The position numbers and the translations under genes are program-made. From NCBI RefSeq assembly GCF_009914755.1, contig NC_060927.1: 64,000 nt of DNA; one strand, given 5' to 3'. This document shows positions 1 to 12,071 of this stretch, piece after piece. This DNA comes from the human T2T-CHM13v2.0 reference genome, Homo sapiens. The notes under the pieces were generated by a model. The model ran no database searches. It saw only the letters and a program-made list of their open reading frames with translations, and was not told the origin of the DNA. Within the stretch, counting starts at the first letter, position 1. Each line of letters begins with the position of its first letter.

Positions 1-1792
1 AGTCCAGAAGCATTAATGCACTTGGAGCTCAGAGGATATTGTGTCCAAAGTCTTTATTTAGGAGTAGAGTGTGAGTGAGTCTCTGCCTGAGACTGTTGAG
101 AGACATCACTATTCTGAGATCACTAGCTGCTTCTTCTGGGATTTTAGTTCACATTGAAGCAACCTTTGGAGACAGCTCTTGCTCAGTTCAGATCACCGTG
201 TTTGAGAGCAACTTGCTCTTAAATTGTGTTAATTTCTACTAAGCCAGGATGCTCCAGCTCACACAAATGTCTCTTCAGTTCTAATGGCACCTGGTATTTA
301 GACTGTCTTTTGGTTTAGTAGTGCTGATTGATCTGCCTATGAAATATGTGAAATGTACAATTAGTCTGCATTCCCTGGGAAAATGCTAATTGCCAATATA
401 GTTACTGGACAAGAAAACATGATGTTATAAATAATGTGTTTATATACAGCTGAAGAAAACTATCCACAAAAATGTTTTACTTAGATAATGGTGATAATTT
501 GACTTGCCCTCTTAAACAAGATATCTAATTCACAAGAAAGCTTCATTATCACTTATATTCTCCTAGGTAGTATGAAGTCTCTAATAGGTGTTTTATCCTT
601 CCATGCATTAAATATTTTGAGCCGGTTGCAGAAGGAGGGTCAGTTTTCCACCTGAAGTTTTGCTTCTAAGTTTAGACTTGGGTCTTTATCATTATGGAAC
701 ATCACTGCTTCCTGTTAGATTAATCATATTTTGACATAATATTACTTTCCAGTCACAAGTTTCTTCAAAGACTCAGACAACCAGATGAAGAAGGAACTCC
801 TTTGAATTTCGTACTGGCTTTGAATTTCTATCTACTCTTTTAAAAATGTATAACTAGCTTATAAATATTTTATACACTCTGCAACTTTTTACCTTACAGT
901 CTACAGTATTGCTGTAACTCTTATTTTATAAAGTGATGAAGTATTTTGGACTAAATAGTAGTGTCAGTCTTAAATGAAAGGAAATATTTGTCAAGGTTTT
1001 TTGTTTATTTGTCTTCAGATAGAAAAAAATGACACATATGTTAAATTCATGATTTTGCTATTTCACATCTATGTTTTACAATTTGTGTGAGCTTTCTCAG
1101 TGATTCTGAGGGACTGAGGGACTGGTCTACATTAAAGATTGATAAAAAATGGAAAGATTATCTCATTTGTTTCATATTAAATAGTGACCAAAAGTGTGTT
1201 TTCATAAAGGAAGCAAGTAAGCATACACATTTGTTTGAATGGATCACTAATTTAGGATATTACAAATTGATGAGCCCTATTATCCTATTTGTAATTAATT
1301 TAAAAGGTTTTCACCAATTATACTAATTATAATTCTTCATGCTAAAACTTTTCATTATAGCCTAGGCTTTAGTGGTTCATTCTGACAATGAAATGAAAGC
1401 ACATTATAATTTTATTTCTTACACAGTTTCACAAGTGTTTTTAGTGAGATTGCAACTTACTTTAAAAACAACTACATCTCTTGTCTTTTTAGACCTTCTT
1501 TAAAGTAAGATAACGTAATGATATTTTTGCAGTTTTAGGAATTTGAGAAAAAACTCATCAGTCCTACTCCCCAAAAGTCTGCTAAGTGATCTGTGCGCTT
1601 AAAGTAGATATTTTCTGTTTGTTTTCTATCTTTAATTTACCATAAGGAAATTTCAAGATATTTTTGCTTTATAATTCAGAAATACTTATTTCTAGCCCAT
1701 CACATTTAAGAATCAATAATAACGCATGTCAGATTCTTTATAATAAATGGCTATATCACATAATTTGAATAACAAATGGGAAAATAAAACTT

Positions 1793-1971
1793 AGAGAGTG
1801 TAACTGGATTGTCTGTAACTCAAAGGCTGAATGCTTGATGGGATGGATATCCCATTCCCCTTTATGTCCTTAATTCACATTGCCTGCTTGTATGAAGACA
1901 TCTCATGTATCCCATAAGTATATATACCTACTATGTACCCACATAAATTTTTAAAATTTTAATTAAAAAAA
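1793..1971 (+). mobile_element. L1MA-type LINE-1 3' end fragment
   Basis: ggattgtctgtaactcaaagg...tatatatacctactatgtacccac followed by an A-rich tail matches the L1MA 3'UTR terminus. Confidence 0.8.
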
Positions 1972-3596
1972 TTATTAAATTGCACTTTAACACTTTCTAA
2001 CTTATGTGTGAAAAGTTTTCTTCAAATCCTTTTAAACTTAAAATATCACCCTGTCCTTGTGTTTAACATTGAAGATTCCCATTCTAAACTTTGCTATGCA
2101 GCTTTTCTTATTAATTCACTATGTTTGTATTCATGATAACTAAAACATCGTTTACATCTGAACTTTTACAGTCTGTCAGATAAAGTGTTTTTACATGTAA
2201 CTCAACATGCTCCTGGGAGTTAAGATTTTAAAATCACAATGTTCAAAAGTGACAAATGACAGCTTTTAAAGTACCAATCTAACTGGTTGTAACACATCCA
2301 CAATTGTATATTTTTAGTCTTAATATAAGAAAAAGTTATTAGTTGGTTATATTTACTCTTACCTTTAGAGGCCATGAAGATGTCTGAGTCACTTCTTCAA
2401 AGGTTGCCAGGTTGGAAAACAAAGGCTTTTCTTGTTGCAGCAAGGAGAGAAAACGCAGCATGCACAAAACTTCAGAACGTGTTTGTCTGCCTCTTGTCAG
2501 CTTACATATAACAGAGGAAGGGAGTCCCTTGCTGTTTCTAGACTTCTGGACTTTATCAGTTTGGACAACAGAGTGAGATGAAACTGTCACAAAAGTAAAC
2601 GCTGTTCAGAAACCATCATATAACTTTGGTGGCTGAAGGAACAATTTAAAAATAATAAAAACCAGAAAGGAAAGCACACAGCACTCATTTTAAGTGTCTT
2701 TTTTTTTTACCAAGTTGTTTTTGTATTTCTTAGAATATACACATTTGCATTCAGTCTTATATCAGAAATATCCTGTATTTCTCAATTTCTAGAAGTCTCC
2801 TTTCCAGATTCTGTGATAAAACATCCTATTGTATAAATTTTTGATAGTTCTAAATACAATTCTTTACATGTTGAAAATGTTTGAACATTATTATTGTTAT
2901 TTTTCTATTGGATTTATCTCCAACTCTTCAACTCAAAACAAATAAGAAGAGGATATATTCCCTACTATTATATAAATAAATCTTTATTTTCATTTTTAAT
3001 TGAATTTGATTAATCAGAGGCATTGGAATATACAAACCTTCAATAGCCTTGCAAAGCTAATCAAAATTTACAGATGATATTTAACTGCATTGAATTCTAA
3101 GGAAAGAAAACAAGTGCTGTAACCTTGACTGGACAGCTCCTATTTCTAAATGCAGCTACCCAGGTGACCATGGAGATTTTGCTCACCAAGTCAATTGCCC
3201 TACATGGTATGATTCACAAAGGTTGAACATGCAGGATATATTGCATTATCAGCAACACCGTCTTTTTCGGAAAATAGTTAAGAGGCTTCAGGAGGTATAC
3301 CTTGTGATGAAAAATTATAAAGTCAACCTCACAGTTTGCAGATTGCCAAAAGTTTGAGTTTTCCTTATTTGACAAAGAGGAGTGGTTTTGTTGTTGTAGT
3401 TTTCTTAGTGTTTGGAGTTGAAAAAAGCTACCATTATTTAAGTTGTCGTTTTGCAGAAAAGATGTGTGAATATGATTAATATTTTTAAATTAAACTGTAT
3501 GTTTCCTAAGTTTTTTCTAATGTTTGTCGTGAGCATTTAGAAAAACTTTAATACAAAAAATTAAGTTATTAACACTATCAAAGAAGATTAAAAAAA

Positions 3597-4067
3597 TTTT
3601 TTTTATTATACTCTAAGTTCTACGGTACATGTGCACAACGTGCAGGTTTGTTACATATGTATACATCTGCCATGTTGGTGTGCTGCACCCATTAACTCAT
3701 CATTTACATTAGGTACATCTCCTAATGCTATCCCTCCCCTTTCCCCCCACCCCACAACAGGCCCCGGTGTGTGATGTTCCCCTTCCTGTGTCCATGTGTT
3801 CTCACTGTTCAATTCCCACCTGTGAGTGAGAACATGCGATGTTTGGTTTTCGGTCCTTGCGATAGTTTGCTGAGAATGATGGTTTCCAGCTTCATCCATG
3901 TCCCTACAAAGGACATGAACTCATCATTTTTTATGGCTGCATAGTATTCCATGGTGCATATGTGCCACATTTTCTTAATCCAGTCTATCATTGTTGGACA
4001 TTTGGGTTGGTTACAAGTCTTTGTATTGTGAGTAGTGTGCAATAAACATACGTGTGCATGTGTCTTT
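3597..4067 (-). mobile_element. L1PA (PA4-6-like) 3' segment, non-inverted part of a 5'-inverted insertion
   Basis: poly(T), then ttattatactctaagttc...acatgtgcacaacgtgcagg; ORF 3809-4042 gives the ORF2p C-terminus (KKMWHI...YYAAIKNDEFMSFVGTWMKLETIILSKL). Confidence 0.95.
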
Positions 4068-4577
4068 GCTCAGCAAAAGGAACTACCATCACAGTGAATA
4101 GGCAACCTACTGGATGGGAGAAAATTTTTGCAATCTACTCATCTGACAAAGGGCTAATGTCCAGAATCTACAAAGAACTCAAACAAATTTACAAGAAAAA
4201 AATAAGCAGCCCCATCAAAAAGTGGGTGAAGGATATGAACAGACACTTCTCAAAAGAAGACATTTACGCAGCCAACAGACACATGAAAAAATGCTCATCA
4301 TCACTGGTCATCAGAGAAATGCAAATTGAAACCACAATGAGATATCATCTCACACCAGTTAGAATGGTGATCATTAAAAAGTCAGGAAACAACAGGTGCT
4401 GGAGAGGATGTGGAGAAATAAGAACACTTTTACACGGTTGGTGGGACTGTTAAACTAGTTCAACCATTGTGGAAGACAGTGTGGCAATTCCTCAGGGATC
4501 TAGAACTAGAAATACCATTTGACCCAGCCATCCCATTACTGAGTATATACCTAAAGGAATATAAGTCATGCTGCTAT
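4068..4577 (+). mobile_element. L1PA ORF2 fragment, inverted 5' part of the same insertion
   Basis: ORF 4052-4453 = ORF2p ([20 protein letters not shown]...[10 protein letters not shown]...RCWRGCGE); flanking TSD-like ctatcaaagaagatt (3575-3589) / ctatcaaacaagatg (4574-4588). Confidence 0.93.
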
Positions 4578-6229
4578 CAAACAAGATGTTTTGAAATGTG
4601 GTCAGAATTCACCAGTTAATTTTGACTGCCCTACACAGCACAAATTTTGGAATAAAAATAAAAATCTTAGTGAATTAAACATATTTGTGAACTGTCCAAG
4701 GACAACCATATATGACTTGGGCATATGATGACATGGGCATATGACTGACTGATGGGATCTTTTAATATTTAATCTGCAGTGGAGGCTTTTCAGATCATCG
4801 AACCTGGTAATGCTACTGGTGAGGTATACTCAATGCATTTTTCTTCCCTTATGCACTCTCCCTGTCTTGCCAAAGACAATACCAATATTTTTTTTTCTTT
4901 TTAAAGGCTAAGTGTTTGCCAACCTGAGATCTCCCTTTTGTTCATTCCTTTCTTTTTCTCAGCTTTTCTCAAGGAGAGGCTCACAAAACTCTGTTTAATA
5001 GGACTCTCACATGTTTCAAGTGTCCTAACACTGTGTGTTCACGCAGCCGGGAGATGCTGCTCCACAAGCTGGCCTCTTTCCTGTTGCTATTGCTGCTGCC
5101 ATTCAACTTCACCTTCATAGTACTCAGTGCTCTTCTCCTAACACCTGCTGCCTTCCTAGAAGAACCAGGGCAACCATTTATTACTCAAGATGGTCATACC
5201 ATCCTCTTGGCTCTGTGCCATGAAGCCCTTGACCTTTTCAAGAAGCATCAGTTTGACTTTGCCACCAGCCTGCAGTTTTTATGGCCCACTCACTTGATTC
5301 CAACCCAAGGTGGGCATGTCTAACACAGTACTCAAGGCTTGAGATCACATCGAGGGCATTGCTGTAAGAAACAGGAAACTTGAACACGAATATCAGAAAC
5401 CATAGGGTGAATGGGCTTTGCCTCTTCCCAGGAAACTCCCTATTGGTCATCGCTCTCTCCTGAGCCACTGGTCTGCTGCTCTGCTGCATGGGCTTGCTCA
5501 TTTACTCAGGATGATCTGCCTTTCTGGTCCTGTCCCTCCTGAAACAAGAGGAGCCTCATATATCCCCCCTTTTCTTCCATTCCAGCCAAAAGGAAATGGA
5601 AACAAATTGCACCATAATTGCTGCACAATTACCTTCTGCCCATAGACTATTTTCAGAACATATCACAGGTGTTTCTAAAGAGTTGTCCATTCAATATTAC
5701 AGTGATGTTCATAACTTTACTCTTTATTTAGTGGCTAGTATTTGACTTACATTTTAATGTCTGAAAGACGCATCAAAATGCTTTCCCTCAGTACAAGGTG
5801 AGAGAAATGTCAATTAAATCTATATAGTGACAGAATAGAAATGTTGCCTGTTATAAATCAAAGCAAAGACTAATATTCTCTAGAATGGAAAATGGAGTAA
5901 GACATAATCTTACAGTTCTGGGGCAAAACCAAGGACTGGGATGAACTGGCTTTAGAAATACTTTACTGGACTTATGGTTATTCTTCCTCTGGCTTTACTA
6001 TAAAATGTATGTGTCTTAAAAATTATATACATACATACATACATATACAAACATATACATACATACATATATATGCAAATATATGGAGTGAGAGATAATT
6101 ACTTGTTTTTTGAGTTATATAAATATTATTTTAGGTATAATTCTAAAACAAATTTTATTCTCTTAAGATTATATTTTTTAAAAATTCATGATAATACATA
6201 AAATTACATTTATTTTAAATCACTGCATA

Positions 6230-6510
6230 TGTTATTTCATTTTATAAATATAATGAACATAATTGGTGGCCATTGCCCTTTTAATGGACATTTAAATTGT
6301 TTCTATTATGTAAAGCAATTGTCCTTATGCACATTTGTAGCAGTCTTTTGAAGGCATATATTCAGAAATAAAATTTCTGGTTTATGGGGTAGGAAGATCT
6401 TCATTTTTACCAGCTAGCACTGAATTGATCTTAAAGTACTTGTGCCAATTTACATTCCAAACGTTAGTGGATAAGAGTTCCTACTGCCACATACCCTTTC
6501 CAATACTGGG
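6230..6510 (-). mobile_element. Old L1M fragment
   Basis: atggacatttaaattgtttc...tgtgccaatttacattcc...agagttcctactgccacataccctttccaatact resembles antisense L1ME ORF2 end. Confidence 0.6.
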
Positions 6511-7139
6511 TTGGTCAGTGTAGTAGAGGATTAACTAGGGGTCTTTCATTTACGAGAAGGCAGCATTCAGAGGTCTTGATTACATTATAATCTGGGTAAC
6601 CAGCACTTTTTAAAAAAATCTTTTCTTATATTTCATCGTGTAAGAATAATAGCACATTTTGTGAATAATTGGTTATAAAAGAGGTGGGGAATGGTGTGTA
6701 AATGGTTTATACGTTAGTGATAAATAGCTCCTTTCATTCAGTGATGCTACTGGCATGATCTGCTAAAATATGAATCCACATAAGAATTCAACTGTGCAGC
6801 ACCTAAGGCATGCATTTCTATGCTTAAGTCTTATTGTCCCTGGATTTATAATTTTCCGTAGTAAAAAATTCACCGTGGAGCAAGACACTGTATGTGTAAA
6901 TAAAAAATAATAGAAATAAAACAAATATGGGAATAAATAAATATTATAAATAGTTTTTCCAGAGTCATGTGATTTAAAACTACCATCTTAAATATGAAAC
7001 ACCCAGTTTCTTAATGCAAACTGGATGTTTCTTTTCTGGGAATGTGTTTTTCTATTAGCCAGTTATTCAGCTTTTGTAAACCTCCTATCAATGTGCAATT
7101 TTTAGTATCTGATTTAAACCTGCCCTTTTTATGGAGTGC

Positions 7140-7260
7140 CTCATTCATTTATTCATTCAGCAAACATTTACTAACTTTTTACTATGTACATGGCATTGTG
7201 GAGCATACCGATGTTTAATGATGTGAACTCCACTCTGGGGAATATGTAGTTTAGTGGAGT
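7140..7260 (-). mobile_element. L2 3' end fragment
   Basis: tcattcatttattcattcagcaaacatttact...actatgtacatggcattgtg is the typical L2 tail. Confidence 0.65.
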
Positions 7261-9037
7261 ATCATAATACAAGGATGCAATATTGCAATTTTTTAATTTT
7301 TTTAAATTGTAAGTTAATTACTACCTCCAGAAAATAAAATGATATAACTCATCCTCTCTTAAAAGCAAATGAAATTAGAATGAATAATGTATCATTCATA
7401 TGAGAAATTCATTATTTCACACATACATGTCAGATTTTTCCTTAATCTGTTACTTTAAAACAGGAAAGTAATAACTATTAAGATATTCTTTCTTACATAA
7501 TGAGGATAATAAACTGGATCACCCTTCTTAGCTTCTAATAAGAGAAAATTTTTTTAATCCCCTCTTTTTCTGCCTACTAAAATTATATTGATCCAATATC
7601 CATTCTTTAGAATGAAAGAAAAAGAATCCTGGATACATGGTAGAATCTGTCCGAAACTAAGAAAAAGATAATTCTGGAGCAGATATATCTAGGTCTCCAT
7701 GTACCAAGATGACATGGAAAAAAACTAATTTGGAGTCCTGTGCACAGACACAACATGGGACAAATGGTATTTCATTATCAGTAGATTGTAAAGCCCAAGG
7801 CAGAAGCAAAAGTTTCATCTATAGAAGTTCTTTTTAAATGTTCAGCCTTATACATTTTCTTTGAGCAAGACTCGTGTCTTTGTCTTCTGGCATTTGCATG
7901 ATTTGTTATGCACAATATGAACTTTTAACAGTTCATAATGGTACTTTCCTCTAAAGAGTCTGAAAACAACAGCAAATATTCTGAGAGGTTCTTGCATGTA
8001 AACATTCTAGGCTATATTACAAGAAAACGAGATGGAAATTGCAAGCAGAAAATGGCCCTCTGCAGAGATATGAAATAGCAACGACTATTTATCTAGATAT
8101 TGTTCAGAGTATATGTTTATGTATGTGTCTGAGAGAGAGAGATGAAGGGAGGGAGGAAGGGGAGAAGAGAAGAATTTGGAGCTATACTAAGTAGATGGAG
8201 GGAAGAATTAAGAAGACATTAACAATTTTCAGAGACCCCAATTCTTTCCACCAAGAATTGCTTTACTATTTTTAAAACCTCTTTATTTCTACCATTATTT
8301 AAATGATATTTACCTTTGCCTTCGTTCTTGGGTTTTGCTCAATGTAGTCACTTTGTCTTCCCAACATCTGTCTGCATCTTCAGATATCACCAAAATACTG
8401 CAACATGCCCTTTGGTGGCTGCAGCCGACAGCCCAGCAGTGCTCTGCATACAACTGCCTTCATTGACAGCAGCCATATCATGCACGGCCAGTGCAGCTGC
8501 AATTCAGTGCCAGCAAGGGTGTATAAATTGTTTCTGCAGCACATTTTCTTTGCATTTCCAGCAATGAAAATAAGCTTCTCTGAGGTTGGGTCCCCCAAGA
8601 GCAAAGTTTTCTAGAAATTGAGATAATTATTATGTAAAATATACATTAAATATATAGGCAAAACACATTAGAGTTAATTTATGCTTAATAGTGTATGTTT
8701 AGTGTTTACTTCTGGTGCTATTTATAGGCTAAATCACTGAGAAAATGTTCCTGCATTTGAAAGCATGCTTTGCTAAGCAGTGGCTAGAAGTGTGGGATGT
8801 GTCCTATATACCATGTAGAACCTTGCCTCCCTGAATGAAAGGTTAAAGTTTGGTGGAAAAAGGTCTGTTTGTGCTATTTGTGAATTTTTTTTTCCTTGTT
8901 ATTGCTTAATGGAGAGAAGCTGCTAATGCAGGTCCTGGCCCATTATCTGCTTTCCTGAAATGCTCATTGAAAGAATGATGGAATAGATGTCACTCTAAGC
9001 ATCTGGCTTGAGTCTTCCTCCTTAACAATTCTGATAC

Positions 9038-9200
9038 AAATATATATATATGTGTGTATATATATGTGTGTGTGTATATATATATATTTATATACATATA
9101 TATTCATATATATATTTATATACATATATATTCATATATATATTTATATACATATATATTCATATATATTTATATACATATATTCATATATATATATATA
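9038..9200. repeat. (TA)n/(TATATACA)-type low-complexity tract at Alu tail
   Basis: direct reading. Confidence 0.95.
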
Positions 9201-9476
9201 TTTTGAGACAGGGTCTCACTCTGTCACTTAGGCTTGAGTGCAGTGGTATGATCAAAACTCGCTGCAACCTCAACTTCCTGGAGTGACTCTCCCACCTCAG
9301 CCTTCTGAGTAGCTGGAACTGCGAGTGCACACCACCACTCCCAGGTATTTTTTTTTTTTTGAGATGGGGTTTCACTATATTTCTCAGGCTGGTCTCAAAC
9401 TCTTGGGCTCAAGTAATCCTCCAGCCTCAGCTTCCCAGTGTGCTGGGATTACAGCATGAGTCACCATGCCCTGACC
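9201..9476 (-). mobile_element. AluJ element
   Basis: gagacagggtctcactctgtc...gggctcaagtaatcctcc...tgctgggattaca; J-type diagnostic positions, CpG-decayed. Confidence 0.9.
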
Positions 9477-9804
9477 TTGAACTTTGAAAAATAGATAAAA
9501 ACTATGGTCTTGCTCCTGACTTCAAATTATAGTCATGATTTTATATATACATATTTTATATGTATGCACTACTGCATTTTTGGTATGACCAAAAATATAG
9601 ACTGCTATAAATTTTGGGAAACGTTATTAAGATACTCTTTGCAGAATTAAATAATGATCAAATGGACATGGCAAAAATTTAGGCTTTGAGATTTTTAGCT
9701 TACCTCAGATTCATATTCCTACTTACCTTATTTATACACATGATTTATATGAAATTTTTGACCAGGCACTTTGACCCATAGCTCTTAAGAGATATCCATC
9801 AAAT

Positions 9805-10165
9805 GTCAATTCAAAAATATTTATTGAATCTTTTGGAAGTACCACGTACTGTACTATGTTTTGAGGCTAAGAAGATCAAATAAAAAATGCAATGAGTAGT
9901 CCAGTGAGAAGCAGCTATACAAACAAATTATGATGCAAAGCAGAACATGTAAAAAGTCCTATAATTAAAGTATGTATAATATAAAGAAGAGGATAACACT
10001 CTCTCTGGTATTGGGGCTTTCGAGACTTCTTACGGGACGAGATATCTTACCTCGATTCTGAATAGTACGAGTATTGTGCCAAGTAGAGTAATAAAACACG
10101 AGCACTCCAGTCTGAATGAATGGCATCGATAATAAATATAGACATGAAACTGCAGTGGGTTTATT
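9805..10165 (-). mobile_element. L2 3' fragment (contains the anomalous CpG patch)
   Basis: ttcaaaaatatttattgaa...tactgtactatg start; tgccaagtagag...gcactccag...gcat...gacatgaaa resembles the L2 antisense consensus. Confidence 0.6.
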
Positions 10166-10407
10166 GTACAAATTAAGCAAATTCTTAAAAAGATGCATGT
10201 AAAAAGATGCATGTAAATCAATTAAAAATATATTAAATACTCAACTAAATTACTGTTGCCTACCTTATTTATAAAATAATTCATAAATTCCTATTTCACT
10301 TTCTGTGAACACTGTTCAAATTCTGCTTTGTTTCAAGTGAAGTACATTCTTGTATAGTTTTTTTTAACTGCCTTCATCATGCCTTTCTCAATTTACTAAA
10401 TAGATTC

Positions 10408-10630
10408 CAGTGCATTGCTGTCAGTAGAAATATACTGTAAGCAATGTAGGCAATTTAATATTTTCTAGAAATCACATTGAAAATAAAAAGAAATAGGTTA
10501 AATTAATTTAAATAATATATTTTATTTAACCAACTATTTAAAAAATACTTTTATTTCATCATGTGGCCATCAGCACATTTGAAGTGTTCAGTAGCCACAT
10601 ATGACTATTGGCTACTGTATTGAACACTAA
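10408..10630. mobile_element. MER33-like hAT-Charlie DNA transposon (internally deleted)
   Basis: gctgtcagtagaaatata...agcacatttgaagtgttcagtagccacatatgactattggctactgtattgaaca. Confidence 0.75.
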
Positions 10631-11054
10631 AATCCTGGTGTATTGATCCAGCACCAAAAGACTTGGCTGGTGACAGATAACATGTTGTTTAGTAACCTTA
10701 TGAGTTTGTTTAAATATAAGTGTTTGAAAATAATTTTGAACTTCAATTTTTAATTTATATTTTAAAAATAAAAGTAACACATTGATATGAAAAACTAACT
10801 TTAATTATACTGTAAAATGAGAAATAAAAATTAAAAATATTATCTCTCCCCCTGCCACCAGTTCTTTTCCCCCAAAATAATTACTTTAATTATTGTATAT
10901 CTATTTTGGGTCAAAAATGTGCTTATAATTATATATGGAATATATATATATTATAATTTCTATGCATATGAAATATTATACAAATTTGTCTGTACACTGC
11001 CCAATTCAATAGTAGAGATAAATTAAATAAGATATCATTAAATACTTACTGGAG

Positions 11055-11990
11055 AGGCAAAAATTAAGAGGACAGACAATACAAAGTGTTAGAAGAACAT
11101 AAAGCAATATCAGCTCTTATATACTCCTGGCAACTGAGTGTATTTCTACAATAGTTTGGCAATATTTAGTATATCTGAAGAGATACATACTCTGTGTCAT
11201 AGCAATTCCACTTCTAGGTGTATAGGCTTAAAAACTTGCATAGTTTTACCATGAACACTACATAAAATTATTTGTAGAAGTATTGGTCATTATTACCTCA
11301 AATAGAAAACAACCAAAATGTCCATTTACCAAACATGAGATAGTTGCATACCTATATAATGAAATGCTATTCATCAATGAAAATAAATGACCTATGGCTA
11401 TGTGCATATAACATGGATATTATAGTCATGGTGTCAAATGTAAAAAGCAATTCACAGAAAACTGCTTATAAGTATGATTAAATTTTTATATAATTTGAAA
11501 TGGCCTAAATCAATGGCATGCCTGTATACTAAAACTATACTTTAAAAAATAAAACAGGCATATGACTAATACAAATATCAGACTGATATTTAGTTACCTT
11601 AGTGGGGAGAGAATGATATATGAACAGGGTAGGGACCTAAAATTAGATTCTTAGTTCCTGGAATATTCCAATTCTTAACTGGTGTGGTTTGTAGATTGGT
11701 GTTGCCACTTTGGAGTGTAATCTGGCAGTATTTGTGTGTATACAGAGAGTACGTACCTCAGTGAAATTCTTCCATGGGCTCATAGAGGACACTCATGATA
11801 GCTAGAGGTAATGAGAAGTTGTAGGCAACTCAGGTATTCATAACAAAAAAAAATTGATAAGAGTAAAATGTGATGGAGGCCCACTGTAGAATAGCATACA
11901 AATATTAGAAATAATGAAGTACATGTGCATACAATTACCTAAGTAGATATTGACAAAAGTGTTTAGTAAAAAAGTAAGAATTCAACAAAG
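11055..11990 (+). mobile_element. L1ME-type fragments (ORF2 end/3'UTR)
   Basis: ggcaaaaattaagagg...acaatacaaagtgtt...agcaattccacttctaggtgtata...aaaacaaccaaaatgtccatt. Confidence 0.7.
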
Positions 11991-12071
11991 TTCATTCTGT
12001 TGCTGGTATCTGACATTCCTTTTTACTTCTTAATGATTTGAGATCCTGGCCTTCTGTCACCATTTGCAACA

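Noticed and set aside
4052-4453. 133-aa ORF
   Set aside because: Fragment of L1 ORF2p in a truncated, inverted insertion; not a gene.
4710-4750. Short imperfect duplication atgac(t/a)tgggcatatga x2
   Set aside because: Ordinary slippage duplication.
4888-5650. Naming a parent gene for the putative retrocopy (faint resemblance to MRFAP1 considered)
   Set aside because: Similarity is too weak to support without an alignment; no clear TSD or poly(A) signal.
9965-10221. Two overlapping minus-strand ORFs across the CpG patch
   Set aside because: No protein-like features and L2-derived; they do not explain the CpG pattern.
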